From positions 1-55,758 of IMG/VR virus record IMGVR_UViG_3300030085_001335: 55,758 nt of DNA. One strand, given 5' to 3'. The position numbers and the translations under genes were made by a program. The stretch is from a virus. Lineage: Duplodnaviria > Caudoviricetes. Within the stretch, counting starts at the first letter, position 1. Each line of letters starts with the position of its first letter. Below the pieces are notes generated by a model, which made no database searches, was not told the DNA's origin, and worked only from the letters and a program-made list of their open reading frames with translations. Positions 34,706 to 44,384 of the stretch are shown here, piece after piece.

Positions 34706-35761
34706 ATGAAAGCTATTAGGAAAAACGAACCTTACACTACCCCACCTACCAACCCACCAACAGCAGCAGATAGCTTGTTTCTCCTTAACAACAATAGAGA
34801 AGTAGCTAAATTGTTAGATCTTGGTTATGGGACTGACAATATTGATAGAAGAAACCTACTAGAAAACTGGGAAAAGTTTGGTTTTGATATCTCAAAAAAA
34901 AAGGCACTTGATAACTTGCAAAGAGACCTTAATTCTTCTTCCGTCTCTAATATGAAAAGATCCAAAGATCAATCAAATTACATAGACACACAGGGGGATT
35001 TTTTTGGAATAACTGACTACCTTTCAGGAGGAGGTGATGACTACTATATGCCTACTCAGTATATACATCCTGGCATCGTACCACAGGGATTTGCTGACTA
35101 CATCCCTAGCATCCAGGCAATAGACAAAATTAAAAAGAAAGATCCAGATTTTCTTCAAAAGATTTTAGATAACATGCCAGACATACCTACTGATGCTAGT
35201 GGTAATGTTAATGTTTCAAGTCTCCCATCTATAGCTACTTACATTTATGATGACTTAGCAATAACTCCTACAAAGCATTTAACGCCTGAGCAAAGAAAAT
35301 TAAGAATTAAACTTTATGGGAACGAAAACGTAGGAAATGTTGACGCACCTACATATGAGCTGCCGCCTAAGCCATCATCTCAGATGTCAGACAATAAGAA
35401 AAAATCGTCTAGAAAAACAGACCGCATCAAACCTATTAAGCGCCGTGGTTTACCTTCTCGTCCAGAGCCAGAGTTACAAGTTAGAGAGCAAGAACCTAGA
35501 GATAAACTCATTGATACCCAAGCTGTATACAGAAACCCTTTATCTAATAGACTCAATATAAGAGGTCTTGAGCGTCCTTTGATGCAGACAGGTGTGAAAA
35601 AAATCTATGAGCGTCCAGATGGAACTAGATATGTAACAAGAGAAAGGTTTGATAGTGACATGATAAAAGAAATAGATGAGATTAAAAACCCTGCTCCAAG
35701 GATAATCAAAGCCCAAAGTTTTAAGAAAGGTGGTATTATCCCAGTTAAAAAAAGACGATAA
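34706..35761 (+). CDS. Hypothetical protein (possible virion cargo)
   Basis: 351 aa; starts MKAIRK and ends FKKGGIIPVKKRR. Confidence 0.6.
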   Translation: MKAIRKNEPYTTPPTNPPTAADSLFLLNNNREVAKLLDLGYGTDNIDRRNLLENWEKFGFDISKKKALDNLQRDLNSSSVSNMKRSKDQSNYIDTQGDFFGITDYLSGGGDDYYMPTQYIHPGIVPQGFADYIPSIQAIDKIKKKDPDFLQKILDNMPDIPTDASGNVNVSSLPSIATYIYDDLAITPTKHLTPEQRKLRIKLYGNENVGNVDAPTYELPPKPSSQMSDNKKKSSRKTDRIKPIKRRGLPSRPEPELQVREQEPRDKLIDTQAVYRNPLSNRLNIRGLERPLMQTGVKKIYERPDGTRYVTRERFDSDMIKEIDEIKNPAPRIIKAQSFKKGGIIPVKKRR

Positions 35762-36186
35762 TGAAAGCTGTAAAGAAATACAAAGATCCAGAGCCACCAA
35801 AAGATCCAAATCCACAAACCAAATTAACTCGTCTTGAAAGAAAAATTGCAAGAAAGCAAAAGAGGCTAGACAAGATGACTCCTGGTTCAAATAAAAACAT
35901 ATTAGACAGAATGACTCCTGGTGGAAGCCCTGCGGTTTCTTTTAATATGAACGACTCTAACGATGGAGTTAAAGGTAGCTGTAAAGAAGGTAACTTAAAA
36001 GCTTGCCAAAGTGAAGCAGTAGTAACAAAACCGTTTTCAAACAAAAGTAGATTCAATCTTAATAAAGTCGGAGACCCTCAAAAGAGAAAGAAGATGCAAG
36101 AGAAGATTGATAAGCTAAAGAAAAAGCAACGCCGTAAATACAGAAAGAAGAACCCTCTTGGATACGCTAATCCTCGCTTCCTATAA
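35761..36186 (+). CDS. Basic hypothetical protein
   Basis: Starts MKAVKKYK; Lys/Arg-rich. Confidence 0.6.
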   Translation: MKAVKKYKDPEPPKDPNPQTKLTRLERKIARKQKRLDKMTPGSNKNILDRMTPGGSPAVSFNMNDSNDGVKGSCKEGNLKACQSEAVVTKPFSNKSRFNLNKVGDPQKRKKMQEKIDKLKKKQRRKYRKKNPLGYANPRFL

Positions 36187-36598
36187 GATCATTATGCATT
36201 CTCTGAACAAGCAGTCTTGCTTTCTGAGTTAGTGCGTAACGTACTCTGTAGTTGTACTTAGTTTCTTCTCTGAATAGATGAGAGTCCTCTGTACTCGATG
36301 GGGTTAGTTTATCGAACTGCTTATATAAATATTTATTACGTTGCAGGGGGTAGATTATTCTCTCAAGAATATTCTTCTCTCGTATACCATATTCTTGGGA
36401 GGCATACCTTGCTGTAAAGAATTCTAAATCATACCCCCACAATAGGAACTCTAAGTGAGACGCTGATATGTTGTTCTTCTCACATGTATCCTTCCTAACC
36501 TTTCTTATATTCTTTAAGAAAGTATAACCCAGATACTTTTCTTTCATCTTAGAAAACTCTCTGAACATCTTGCCTCTGGCTATTCTAGATCTTGGCAT
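36167..36598 (-). CDS. Winged-helix (MarR-like) putative transcription regulator
   Basis: ISASHLEFLLWGY...IIYPLQRNKYL...RVRYALTQKARLLV fits a MarR-type wHTH; the only credible minus-strand gene in the late arm. Confidence 0.6.
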   Translation of the reverse strand: MPRSRIARGKMFREFSKMKEKYLGYTFLKNIRKVRKDTCEKNNISASHLEFLLWGYDLEFFTARYASQEYGIREKNILERIIYPLQRNKYLYKQFDKLTPSSTEDSHLFREETKYNYRVRYALTQKARLLVQRMHNDLIGSED

Positions 36599-36606
36599 AT
36601 TTTAAT

Positions 36607-36629
36607 TACCTTTGTTAAAATCAAATTTA
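36607..36629. promoter_or_regulatory. Two face-to-face -7 boxes: TACCTTTG (+, 36607-36614) and TAAATTTG (-, 36622-36629)
   Basis: Both match TAnnTTTG within the 36-bp gap between divergent genes. Confidence 0.6.
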
Positions 36630-36634
36630 AGAAA

Positions 36635-36928
36635 ATGGATAGTAAAATACTAGAGTTCCTTCATAAAGTATCAGACAAGATAGAGGAGATTGAAGATATG
36701 GTCGAAGATTACGGCTATAAAGAAAAATTCCTTTCTTGTATTGTCGTTGGTGTTATCTCTGAAAGCGATGAGCACGGTTCTCTTTTAAACTCTATTTACT
36801 CTATGTGCATCGATTCTGATGAAGAGATGGAGAAGATAGAAGATTTTATCAAAACTACATACTCAAAACTCACTAAAGATAAGAGTGACGGTATGGATTC
36901 CATTTTCAAGGATATAAATTTAAACTAA
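36635..36928 (+). CDS. Acidic hypothetical protein
   Basis: 97 aa; TAATG-coupled to the next gene. Confidence 0.6.
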   Translation: MDSKILEFLHKVSDKIEEIEDMVEDYGYKEKFLSCIVVGVISESDEHGSLLNSIYSMCIDSDEEMEKIEDFIKTTYSKLTKDKSDGMDSIFKDINLN

Positions 36929-37164
36929 TGAATGGTCTAATAAGGAAAATTATCATAGGGCAAAACCCTAAGGATGGCATGGCTTATTACCTCGGCATGA
37001 GAGCTGGGGATGGTACGGTCTCAGCCATAATTATCGATGGTGAATATCTACACAAGTATTCAAAGGTTAGGTACATGGTCTACGTTGAGAATGACGAAGG
37101 CACAAACCTATGGAAGTCTGTCAATGACGTCCCTTGTATAATTGAGTACGATCTAAACTTTTGA
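36928..37164 (+). CDS. Conserved phage hypothetical protein
   Basis: LIRKIIIGQNPKDGMAY...LWKSV...IEYDLNF, immediately before the GroES-like gene. Confidence 0.65.
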   Translation: MNGLIRKIIIGQNPKDGMAYYLGMRAGDGTVSAIIIDGEYLHKYSKVRYMVYVENDEGTNLWKSVNDVPCIIEYDLNF

Positions 37165-37165
37165 T

Positions 37166-37744
37166 ATGAAAACAATGAATCTTTTTGTCGTTAAGGTAGA
37201 CAAGCCTATTAACGACACTATGAAAACAGATGGTGGTCTAGAGTTATTCGTTGACACTAGGTTCAATGAGTTTGAACACAGACAAGTCTTTGGTGAAGTA
37301 GTCTCTGCCCCACTGTTAATTAAGAATGATGTAGAACCTGGAGACACACTTTACTTCCACCACTTGGTTGTTGTAGAGGGTGGTCAGAAAATCCCATGGG
37401 AAGAGAACCACTACATCGTTAAGTGCGATAAGCAGTTCACTATTGGTAACCAGGCGTTTGCTTACAAGAAGAAAGGTAGTGATGAGATCACTCCTTTGTT
37501 TGGTTGGTGCTTACTTGAAGAAGCAGAAGTAGAGAAAGAAGAAGCTTTTATAGAGATTGTAAATACAGAAGAAGACTTACCACTTACAGGGATTGTTTCT
37601 TTTGATGCGGACTGCTTAGAAGAGCTTGATGTAAAGAAAGGAGATGAGGTTGGGTTCGAAAAGAACATGGACTATCGTGTAAAAATAGACGGTAAGGAAT
37701 ACTACCGTGTAAGATCTGAGGACCTGTTGTATGTCAAAGAATAG
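37166..37744 (+). CDS. GroES-like co-chaperonin (two tandem GroES-like domains)
   Basis: GEVVSAP...VEPGDTLYF and PLFGWCLLE...VKKGDEVGF...IDGKEYYRVRSEDLL. Confidence 0.7.
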   Translation: MKTMNLFVVKVDKPINDTMKTDGGLELFVDTRFNEFEHRQVFGEVVSAPLLIKNDVEPGDTLYFHHLVVVEGGQKIPWEENHYIVKCDKQFTIGNQAFAYKKKGSDEITPLFGWCLLEEAEVEKEEAFIEIVNTEEDLPLTGIVSFDADCLEELDVKKGDEVGFEKNMDYRVKIDGKEYYRVRSEDLLYVKE

Positions 37745-38024
37745 TTTTACAACAATTAGCGCCTCCAGAAAGCTAATGTCTAGTATGGAGGAAGCCATTG
37801 ACAACATGATACAAGAGGTGAAGAAACCTATTGATCAAGAGATTAGTGGTAGTGCTAGGAAAGCAGAGCTTCAGTCTGTAAAGCAGACAGCCATAGATTG
37901 CAAAGAGCTAATAATAGAACGGCAGAAACTAGCTGAGATGATAAAGTCTTTAGAAGACAACGGTACTATCGAAGACAAGAAAGACTTCGGTGGTGGCTTT
38001 GCTGAAAAGTACTCAAAAAAATAA
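37731..38024 (+). CDS. Possible terminase small subunit
   Basis: Helical 97-aa protein ending GGFAEKYSKK, just upstream of terL; positional inference only. Confidence 0.4.
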   Translation: MSKNSFTTISASRKLMSSMEEAIDNMIQEVKKPIDQEISGSARKAELQSVKQTAIDCKELIIERQKLAEMIKSLEDNGTIEDKKDFGGGFAEKYSKK

Positions 38025-38042
38025 CACATTAAATTTAACGAC

Positions 38043-38231
38043 ATGCCTAAGTATAAATGCGATTGCCATAAGAAAGTATATACCATTGCTAACGTAAAGA
38101 TTAAAGTCAAAGATGGGGAGCTTTATTCTGAAGGTGCTGACTGCCCTAAGTGTGGGAAAAACATGAAACTAGCAAACCCTAAGTCTGGTGTAGCTAACTT
38201 CAGTAGTAACTCTATGGGGCAAGTAAGGTAG
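38043..38231 (+). CDS. Zinc-ribbon protein
   Basis: MPKYKCDC...CPKCG. Confidence 0.6.
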   Translation: MPKYKCDCHKKVYTIANVKIKVKDGELYSEGADCPKCGKNMKLANPKSGVANFSSNSMGQVR

Positions 38232-38232
38232 T

Positions 38233-40359
38233 ATGGCTGGTCTTGTAGACATAGAAGGATTTAGCGATAGTGTAGTAAACATATGCCCAGACAATACCAA
38301 AGGTGAAGTCATTGAGTTGGAAGGGTTATACATCCAGCTACCAAAGAAACCTAAGAAGTCAGACATCTTATATCACGATAAAAAGAAAGCTGACCAAAGG
38401 TGGATGAGAGAAGAAATACCAGAAGCTCTCAAAGCTATTAGGAGTATGGATGAGTGGTACGAATCTCCTAGAGAGTTTAGAGAGAAGTACACTCCTTACA
38501 TTGACCAAGAGTTCAAGCGGAGGAAGCATGGGGTGTGGTTCTACAATAACGGAGAACCTACATACATAACTGGTAGGCACTACATGATATTGCAGTGGAG
38601 TAAGTTTGACATAGGCTACCCTTACTACTTTGTGTTCCAGAGGAAACTATTCTTACACATGCAAGCTTGCGAAGTAGATCCTAGATGTCTAGGTCAGAAC
38701 TTCGTTAAGTGCAGACGTTCTGGGTATACTAATATGATCAGCTCTGTGTTGGTTGATGAAGCTACCCAAGTGAAAGAGAAGCTTTTAGGTATACAGTCTA
38801 AGACTGGTAAAGATGCACAGGAGAATATATTTATGAAGAAAGTGGTTCCAGTGTTTAGCGCATACCCTTTCTTCTTCAAGCCTATCCAAGATGGTACTAC
38901 AAATCCTAGGATGGAGCTGGCATTCCGTGAGCCATCAAAGCGTATCACTAAGAACAACAAAGTAACTAGACGAGGCGATGCACTCAATACTATTATAAAC
39001 TGGAAGAACACTGTAAACAACGCATACGATGGTGAGAAAACCCACAGGCTGTACTTAGATGAGTCTGGTAAATGGGAGAAGCCAGCTGATATCAATGAAG
39101 CCTGGAGGATAGAGAAGACATGTCTTATCGTTGGTAGAAGGATTATCGGTAAGGCGTATGTTGGTAGTACAGTAAACCCAATGGACAAGGGTGGTGAGGA
39201 GTACAGGGTTCTGTATTATGACTCAGATCCAAAGGATAGAAACGAAAACGGTAGAACCAAGAGTGGGTTGTATAGCATCTTTATCCCAGCTTATGAAGCA
39301 CTAGAGGGATTCTTTGACGTATATGGTAATTGTATCGAAGATGATCCAGCTTCCCCAGTCATGGGTATTGACGGTGAGATGATAGATATAGGTAGTAAGA
39401 CTTACCTTAAGAACGAAAGGGCTTCACTCAAAGGTAGACACTCAGAACTGAATGAGATTATACGCCAATTCCCATGGACCATTGAAGAAGCATTCCGTGA
39501 TAGTATCGAGTCTAGTCTGTTTAATGTAGGTAAGATATATGAGCAGATAGACTACAACAATAACATGTACCCCAACCCAATTGTCAAGGGTAACTTTATT
39601 TGGAAAGAAAAAGACAAAGAGGTCGTATTTTCTCCAGATTCAAATGGTAGGTTCAGAATATCGTGGATGCCTAAACCAGAAGACAGGAATAAGATTGTAG
39701 ACAATAGAGGTAAGATATTTCCTGGCAATGCTCACATTGGCGTAGGGGGTGTCGATAGTTATGACCTTGATCAGACTCTAGACAACAGAGGATCTAAGGG
39801 AGCGCTGCACATGTACAATAAGTTTAACATGCATGCACCTAGCAATATGTTTGTGCTTGAATACGCTTCTCGTCCAGACCTTGCTAGTATATTCTATGAA
39901 GATGTATTGATGGCTGCTGTGTACTATGGTTACCCTCTATTGATAGAGAACAACAAGTATGGTATTGTAAGATACTTTGAGCAGAGAGGATTCGATGGTT
40001 ATCTTATGGATAGACCAGATCACTTGAAAGCTCCAGGGTCTAAGTCAGTGAGAACCAAGGGTATACCGTCTAACTCTGTAGATGTAATACAATCTCATGC
40101 ACAAGCAATAGAAGCTTATATACACAACCACGTTGGTGACAATGTTGACACTGGCGAGCCTGGTAATATGTATTTCAACAAAACACTTGAAGACTGGATA
40201 GGTTATAGGATAGACAAGAGAACCAAGTTTGACCTTACCATCAGTTCTGGTTTATGTCTATTAGCTGCACAGAAGGTTAAAGTTAAAGAAGAACGTAAAT
40301 CAAATTTTTCAGATAAACAATTTTTTAGAAAGTTTAAGACTAAATCTTACCACTCATAG
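38233..40359 (+). CDS. terL: Terminase large subunit
   Basis: KCRRSGYT (Walker A-like), YLDESGK (Walker B), GSTVN; nuclease domain GGVDSYD, IENN and FDLTISSG. Confidence 0.9.
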   Translation: MAGLVDIEGFSDSVVNICPDNTKGEVIELEGLYIQLPKKPKKSDILYHDKKKADQRWMREEIPEALKAIRSMDEWYESPREFREKYTPYIDQEFKRRKHGVWFYNNGEPTYITGRHYMILQWSKFDIGYPYYFVFQRKLFLHMQACEVDPRCLGQNFVKCRRSGYTNMISSVLVDEATQVKEKLLGIQSKTGKDAQENIFMKKVVPVFSAYPFFFKPIQDGTTNPRMELAFREPSKRITKNNKVTRRGDALNTIINWKNTVNNAYDGEKTHRLYLDESGKWEKPADINEAWRIEKTCLIVGRRIIGKAYVGSTVNPMDKGGEEYRVLYYDSDPKDRNENGRTKSGLYSIFIPAYEALEGFFDVYGNCIEDDPASPVMGIDGEMIDIGSKTYLKNERASLKGRHSELNEIIRQFPWTIEEAFRDSIESSLFNVGKIYEQIDYNNNMYPNPIVKGNFIWKEKDKEVVFSPDSNGRFRISWMPKPEDRNKIVDNRGKIFPGNAHIGVGGVDSYDLDQTLDNRGSKGALHMYNKFNMHAPSNMFVLEYASRPDLASIFYEDVLMAAVYYGYPLLIENNKYGIVRYFEQRGFDGYLMDRPDHLKAPGSKSVRTKGIPSNSVDVIQSHAQAIEAYIHNHVGDNVDTGEPGNMYFNKTLEDWIGYRIDKRTKFDLTISSGLCLLAAQKVKVKEERKSNFSDKQFFRKFKTKSYHS

Positions 40360-40365
40360 ATTTAC

Positions 40366-40373
40366 TATATTTG
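40366..40373 (+). promoter_or_regulatory. -7 promoter box TATATTTG
   Basis: 7 nt before the portal ATG. Confidence 0.65.
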
Positions 40374-40380
40374 CGAGGAC

Positions 40381-42843
40381 ATGAATAGCTATCAAAAGAA
40401 TAAAAAGTCTGGGTTCCCAGATCCTCTGGTATCGGCAGATATCAAGAAGTCTACAGATTATGGGTTGAAATTCGCTAAGGCGATTATGGATCAGTGGGGG
40501 AACATGCAGGCTGAGAATTCACTGTTAAGAAAAAGACACAATGTTTTTAACAGGAATAAACTATACGCTAACGGAACTCAAGATACTACTATTTACACAC
40601 AGCTGTTGACATCATTAGATCCAAACAATGGTGATGGTAGCTTCTTGAACTTAGACTTCACTCCTGTTCCAATACTGCCTAAGTTTGTTAGGATTGTAGT
40701 CAACAAAATACTTTCTAAGAAACCATACCCAAACCTTGAAGCAGTTGATCCCCTCTCTTCTTCAGAGAAAGATATGCAACGTAGGAAGGTTGAAATGCAG
40801 ATTCTAGCTAAAGAGAAAACAGCTGCTATTGCTGAGAAGCTAGGTGAGGGAGATGCTAAGACTAAGAACATACCAGAGACACTAGAAGAGGCTGAGATCT
40901 TTAGCCAGAATAATATCAAATCATCTGGAGAGATAGCTGCTCAGATTGCAACAAACCTAACTCTAGAATGGAATGACTTTGATGATAACATATTCAGAAG
41001 AGCAGTCCTTGATCTTGTAAGATACGGTATGGGTGTTGTAAAAAGAAGCAATGACCCTAACTATGGTATTGTTGAAGAGTACATTGATCCAGACAAGTTT
41101 ATTCATAGCCACACGGAAGATCCTAACTTTAACGATCTAATCTATGCAGGTCATATTAAGAGCATTACAATCAGTGAGTTAAGAAGACTTTCTGCAGGTC
41201 AATTAGAAGAAGAAGAACTAGAAAAAATAGCAAGGTCTACAGCTAAGAATAAAGGCTATGACATGACTGAATTTTCTAAAAGCAGTTATGACTCCAACAT
41301 ACAGAGATACAGATACGGGTACGATGAGTACATGGTTGACATATTAGATTTCGAGTTCAAGGCGGTGGACTGCCTCTATTTTGAATCTAAAGAAAGTAAG
41401 TACGGGAATGTAGGATTTTACTTTAAAGGTAATAGCTATAAGAAACCAGAGAACTCTGTTTACGAGAGAGAGGTTTCTAAAATGGAGAATGAGGTTGTGT
41501 ATGGAGGTACATACATTATAAACTCTAAGAAAATCTTAAACTATGGGCTTAAATCAAACCTACCTAAGAACATTCATGATCTCTCAAGAGTAAACCTTTC
41601 TTACTTCCCAGTAGCTACTAACCTTGTTGACATGATACCTAAGTCAATGGTTGATAGCTGTATTGGTTTTGCTGATCAGTTGCAGTTGACTCACTTAAAG
41701 ATACAACAAGCTATTGCTAAGGCTAAGCCAGATGGATTGATTATTGACATCGAAGGGTTAGAGAATGTACAGCTAGGTAAAGGTGGGGAGTTACAACCTC
41801 TTGACCTTCAAGATATTTACGAGCAGACTGGTGTATTCTACTACAGAAGTAAAAACCCAGAAGGAGGATTCCAGAACCCACCTATTCGTGAGATTGGTAA
41901 TTCAATCAGAAACATCAATGAGTTTATTGCTCTTTATAATCACTACTTAAGATTGATCAGAGATACTACTGGTATCAACGAGATGATGGATGGTAGTACA
42001 CCTAAAGGAGATACTCTTGTGGGTGTTCAACAGCAAGCTATTGCTGCTGGTAATAATGCTATATATGACATTACCAATGCCTCTATGGTGTTGTTCAAGA
42101 AAGTATCTTCTGATATAGTTAAGTGCTTGCAAGTAATGCCTAGAGAGTCTATTCTTTATAGAGCATACGAGAATGCAATAGGGAAGGAGAACGCTTCTTT
42201 AATTACATCTTTCAGTGATCTACCTCTGTATAACTTTGGTGTTACAGTAAGAAAAGAAATGGAAGAGCAAGATAGAATTCTTTTAGAGCAGAACATACAA
42301 GTATCACTTGCTCAGAAAGAACTTGACCTTGAAGATGCAATTGCTATCAGACAGCTCAAAGATATTAACCAAGCTGAAAGACTTTTGATTGTTAAAAGAA
42401 AGAAGCGTATGTCTACGAATCAACAGATAGCTATGCAGAACTCTCAGATGCAAGCTCAGATTCAACAGCAGTCTGCAGCTGCAACCTCTCAAGCTAGAAT
42501 GCAAGAGATGCAGATGCAAGCTCAGATAAAGTCTCAAATGATGCAGCTTGAATCTCAGATGGAGTTGCAGATGAAGCAAGCAGAGCATGAGATGAGAAAA
42601 GAGATTGAGATGCTTAAGGCTCAAGCACTACTAGGTATGAGATCTGAAGGAGAAGAGTTCAAAGAAAAGCTTGAGGTTCTTAAAGAAGACAGAAAGGATA
42701 AGAGAGTTGATAAGCAAGCAGCTAAGCAATCAAAGCTTATCTCTCAGAGAAAAGGTGAGAGAGGTGAGCTTCCAGAAGTTCAGTCTGATGATAGTGAGCA
42801 GACTGGAGAATTAGATCAGATTATAGACCAATTAATACAGTAA
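40381..42843 (+). CDS. Portal protein
   Basis: 820 aa following terL; NLDFTPVPILPKFV, EQTGVFYYRS, IRDTTGINE; Q/M-rich C-terminal coiled-coil barrel. Confidence 0.85.
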   Translation: MNSYQKNKKSGFPDPLVSADIKKSTDYGLKFAKAIMDQWGNMQAENSLLRKRHNVFNRNKLYANGTQDTTIYTQLLTSLDPNNGDGSFLNLDFTPVPILPKFVRIVVNKILSKKPYPNLEAVDPLSSSEKDMQRRKVEMQILAKEKTAAIAEKLGEGDAKTKNIPETLEEAEIFSQNNIKSSGEIAAQIATNLTLEWNDFDDNIFRRAVLDLVRYGMGVVKRSNDPNYGIVEEYIDPDKFIHSHTEDPNFNDLIYAGHIKSITISELRRLSAGQLEEEELEKIARSTAKNKGYDMTEFSKSSYDSNIQRYRYGYDEYMVDILDFEFKAVDCLYFESKESKYGNVGFYFKGNSYKKPENSVYEREVSKMENEVVYGGTYIINSKKILNYGLKSNLPKNIHDLSRVNLSYFPVATNLVDMIPKSMVDSCIGFADQLQLTHLKIQQAIAKAKPDGLIIDIEGLENVQLGKGGELQPLDLQDIYEQTGVFYYRSKNPEGGFQNPPIREIGNSIRNINEFIALYNHYLRLIRDTTGINEMMDGSTPKGDTLVGVQQQAIAAGNNAIYDITNASMVLFKKVSSDIVKCLQVMPRESILYRAYENAIGKENASLITSFSDLPLYNFGVTVRKEMEEQDRILLEQNIQVSLAQKELDLEDAIAIRQLKDINQAERLLIVKRKKRMSTNQQIAMQNSQMQAQIQQQSAAATSQARMQEMQMQAQIKSQMMQLESQMELQMKQAEHEMRKEIEMLKAQALLGMRSEGEEFKEKLEVLKEDRKDKRVDKQAAKQSKLISQRKGERGELPEVQSDDSEQTGELDQIIDQLIQ

Positions 42844-42847
42844 GATA

Positions 42848-43216
42848 ATGGCAGCTATTAATTTAGATACAGCGGCAAGACTTGACATAACTTGTAGAAA
42901 AGGAGATACATTTCAATTAGAGATTGACTTTGAACAAAGTATTCCTACTTCAACGTGGTTGATGCATGTTAGAGAAACAGATACATCAGAAGAGGATGAA
43001 AATATAATAATACCTGAGGATGATATAACTTTTGCTGTTGCAGATAACTCAAGCGGTGTTACAAATGCTCTGTTAACAGTCACTATTGCCGATAGTGTTA
43101 TGGCGGAAGTTCAATCTGGAACTTATGTTTACGATATACAAAATGATTCTGTTAATGTAACTAAGACTTACGTGTTTGGTTTATTCAAAGTAAATGAAGA
43201 TGTAACAACACCTTGA
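42848..43216 (+). CDS. Ig-like tail/fibre-associated protein
   Basis: LDITCRKGDTF...GTYVYDIQ...GLFKVNEDVT. Confidence 0.5.
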   Translation: MAAINLDTAARLDITCRKGDTFQLEIDFEQSIPTSTWLMHVRETDTSEEDENIIIPEDDITFAVADNSSGVTNALLTVTIADSVMAEVQSGTYVYDIQNDSVNVTKTYVFGLFKVNEDVTTP

Positions 43217-43217
43217 T

Positions 43218-44216
43218 ATGGCAATAACTATAAAAATAAATACACCTTCACCTATTTCTATAAATGCAGGACCTATTGCCAGTGAGCCTAGTACAGTAAA
43301 CGTATTAAGCAGTACAGGTGAAACTTTAGGGTTTTTAGATTCAGCCAAGGCTGAGACAATTAATCTAACAAGTGATGCAGTATCTTTTACTAAAGTTGGT
43401 AGTCAAGGACAGATATCAACTACCCAATCAGCTTCTGGTATAGCTTATGAAGCTCGATATCCAATGGTTAATTTTAGTGTGGTAACTAATGACAGCTGGA
43501 GCCATTACACTTCTGGAAATTACGATCGCACACAACCAGTTTTCCCAGCTACTTATGCTAAGATAAATCGTAGTGCTACACAAGCAGACGTAAGAGGAAC
43601 ACCAGCAACTAGTACAAGTGCATCAGATGCAGTAGCTCCAACAATACTTGAAAGTAACAACGCTTTCGGTAACAAGTTTAGATACACAGATGATCAAGGT
43701 AATGCTTCAAATGCTACAGTAGGATCAAACCTTTACGCACACGTAGACTGGTTTAATCATGACTGGAGTACAGCTGGGTCGACTGCTTACTATGTTATAG
43801 ACCACCTTACAGGTTTTGGGTATACAGTAAAATTTGAAACTGACGATGGTGCATATAACCTTCAAAACACATCTGCTGGTCAAACTTGGGAAGACTGGAT
43901 AACATACATTAACGGAACTCATCACGGTTACACAGGTTGGATGCCCTTAGATATTGGAGAGATTATGAATGCTCATGGTGCTTGTTCACATCCAGAATTA
44001 ACTTGGGCGGATAACTTCTTTGAGTTTGATTCAAATCAAGCTGGTAATACAAGAGGTGCATTTATAACTGGTGAAACCGCAAGCGTAAGTGGAAATGGGT
44101 TTTACATCATATATGATACAAACAATTTTGATTTAGTAAGAAATACAACCAAAGCTAAAGATGGAAATTTCTTCAATAGGATAGCGAACTGTTTCATGAA
44201 AAGAAAACACTACTAA
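43218..44216 (+). CDS. Putative tail fibre/adhesin with degenerate Lcl (DUF1566)-like C-terminal domain
   Basis: VIDHLTGFGY...TWEDWI...HGYTGWMPLDIGEI resembles the D..TGL.W...W...GY.DWRLP...EL pattern. Confidence 0.45.
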   Translation: MAITIKINTPSPISINAGPIASEPSTVNVLSSTGETLGFLDSAKAETINLTSDAVSFTKVGSQGQISTTQSASGIAYEARYPMVNFSVVTNDSWSHYTSGNYDRTQPVFPATYAKINRSATQADVRGTPATSTSASDAVAPTILESNNAFGNKFRYTDDQGNASNATVGSNLYAHVDWFNHDWSTAGSTAYYVIDHLTGFGYTVKFETDDGAYNLQNTSAGQTWEDWITYINGTHHGYTGWMPLDIGEIMNAHGACSHPELTWADNFFEFDSNQAGNTRGAFITGETASVSGNGFYIIYDTNNFDLVRNTTKAKDGNFFNRIANCFMKRKHY

Positions 44217-44217
44217 A

Positions 44218-44376
44218 ATGAATACTTACATACGACAAACGATAGTACAGTACATTGTACAAGATGAAGTAGAGGCTAACAGTTATGCAGAAGCCGAAGC
44301 TATACCTATCACACAAAAAGTACCAGAAGGCGCTGTATTAGAAGTGCCCATAGCTATATTGAAGGATAACTATTAA
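44218..44376 (+). CDS. Small hypothetical protein (52 aa, not in ORF track)
   Basis: MNTYIRQTIVQYIVQDEVEANSYAEAE...KDNY fills the gap. Confidence 0.55.
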   Translation: MNTYIRQTIVQYIVQDEVEANSYAEAEAIPITQKVPEGAVLEVPIAILKDNY

Positions 44377-44384
44377 AATAAGTT

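Noticed and set aside
42420-42600. CAG/ATG-rich repetitive DNA in the portal gene
   Set aside because: Explained by the Gln/Met-rich coiled-coil C-terminus expected in podovirus portals.
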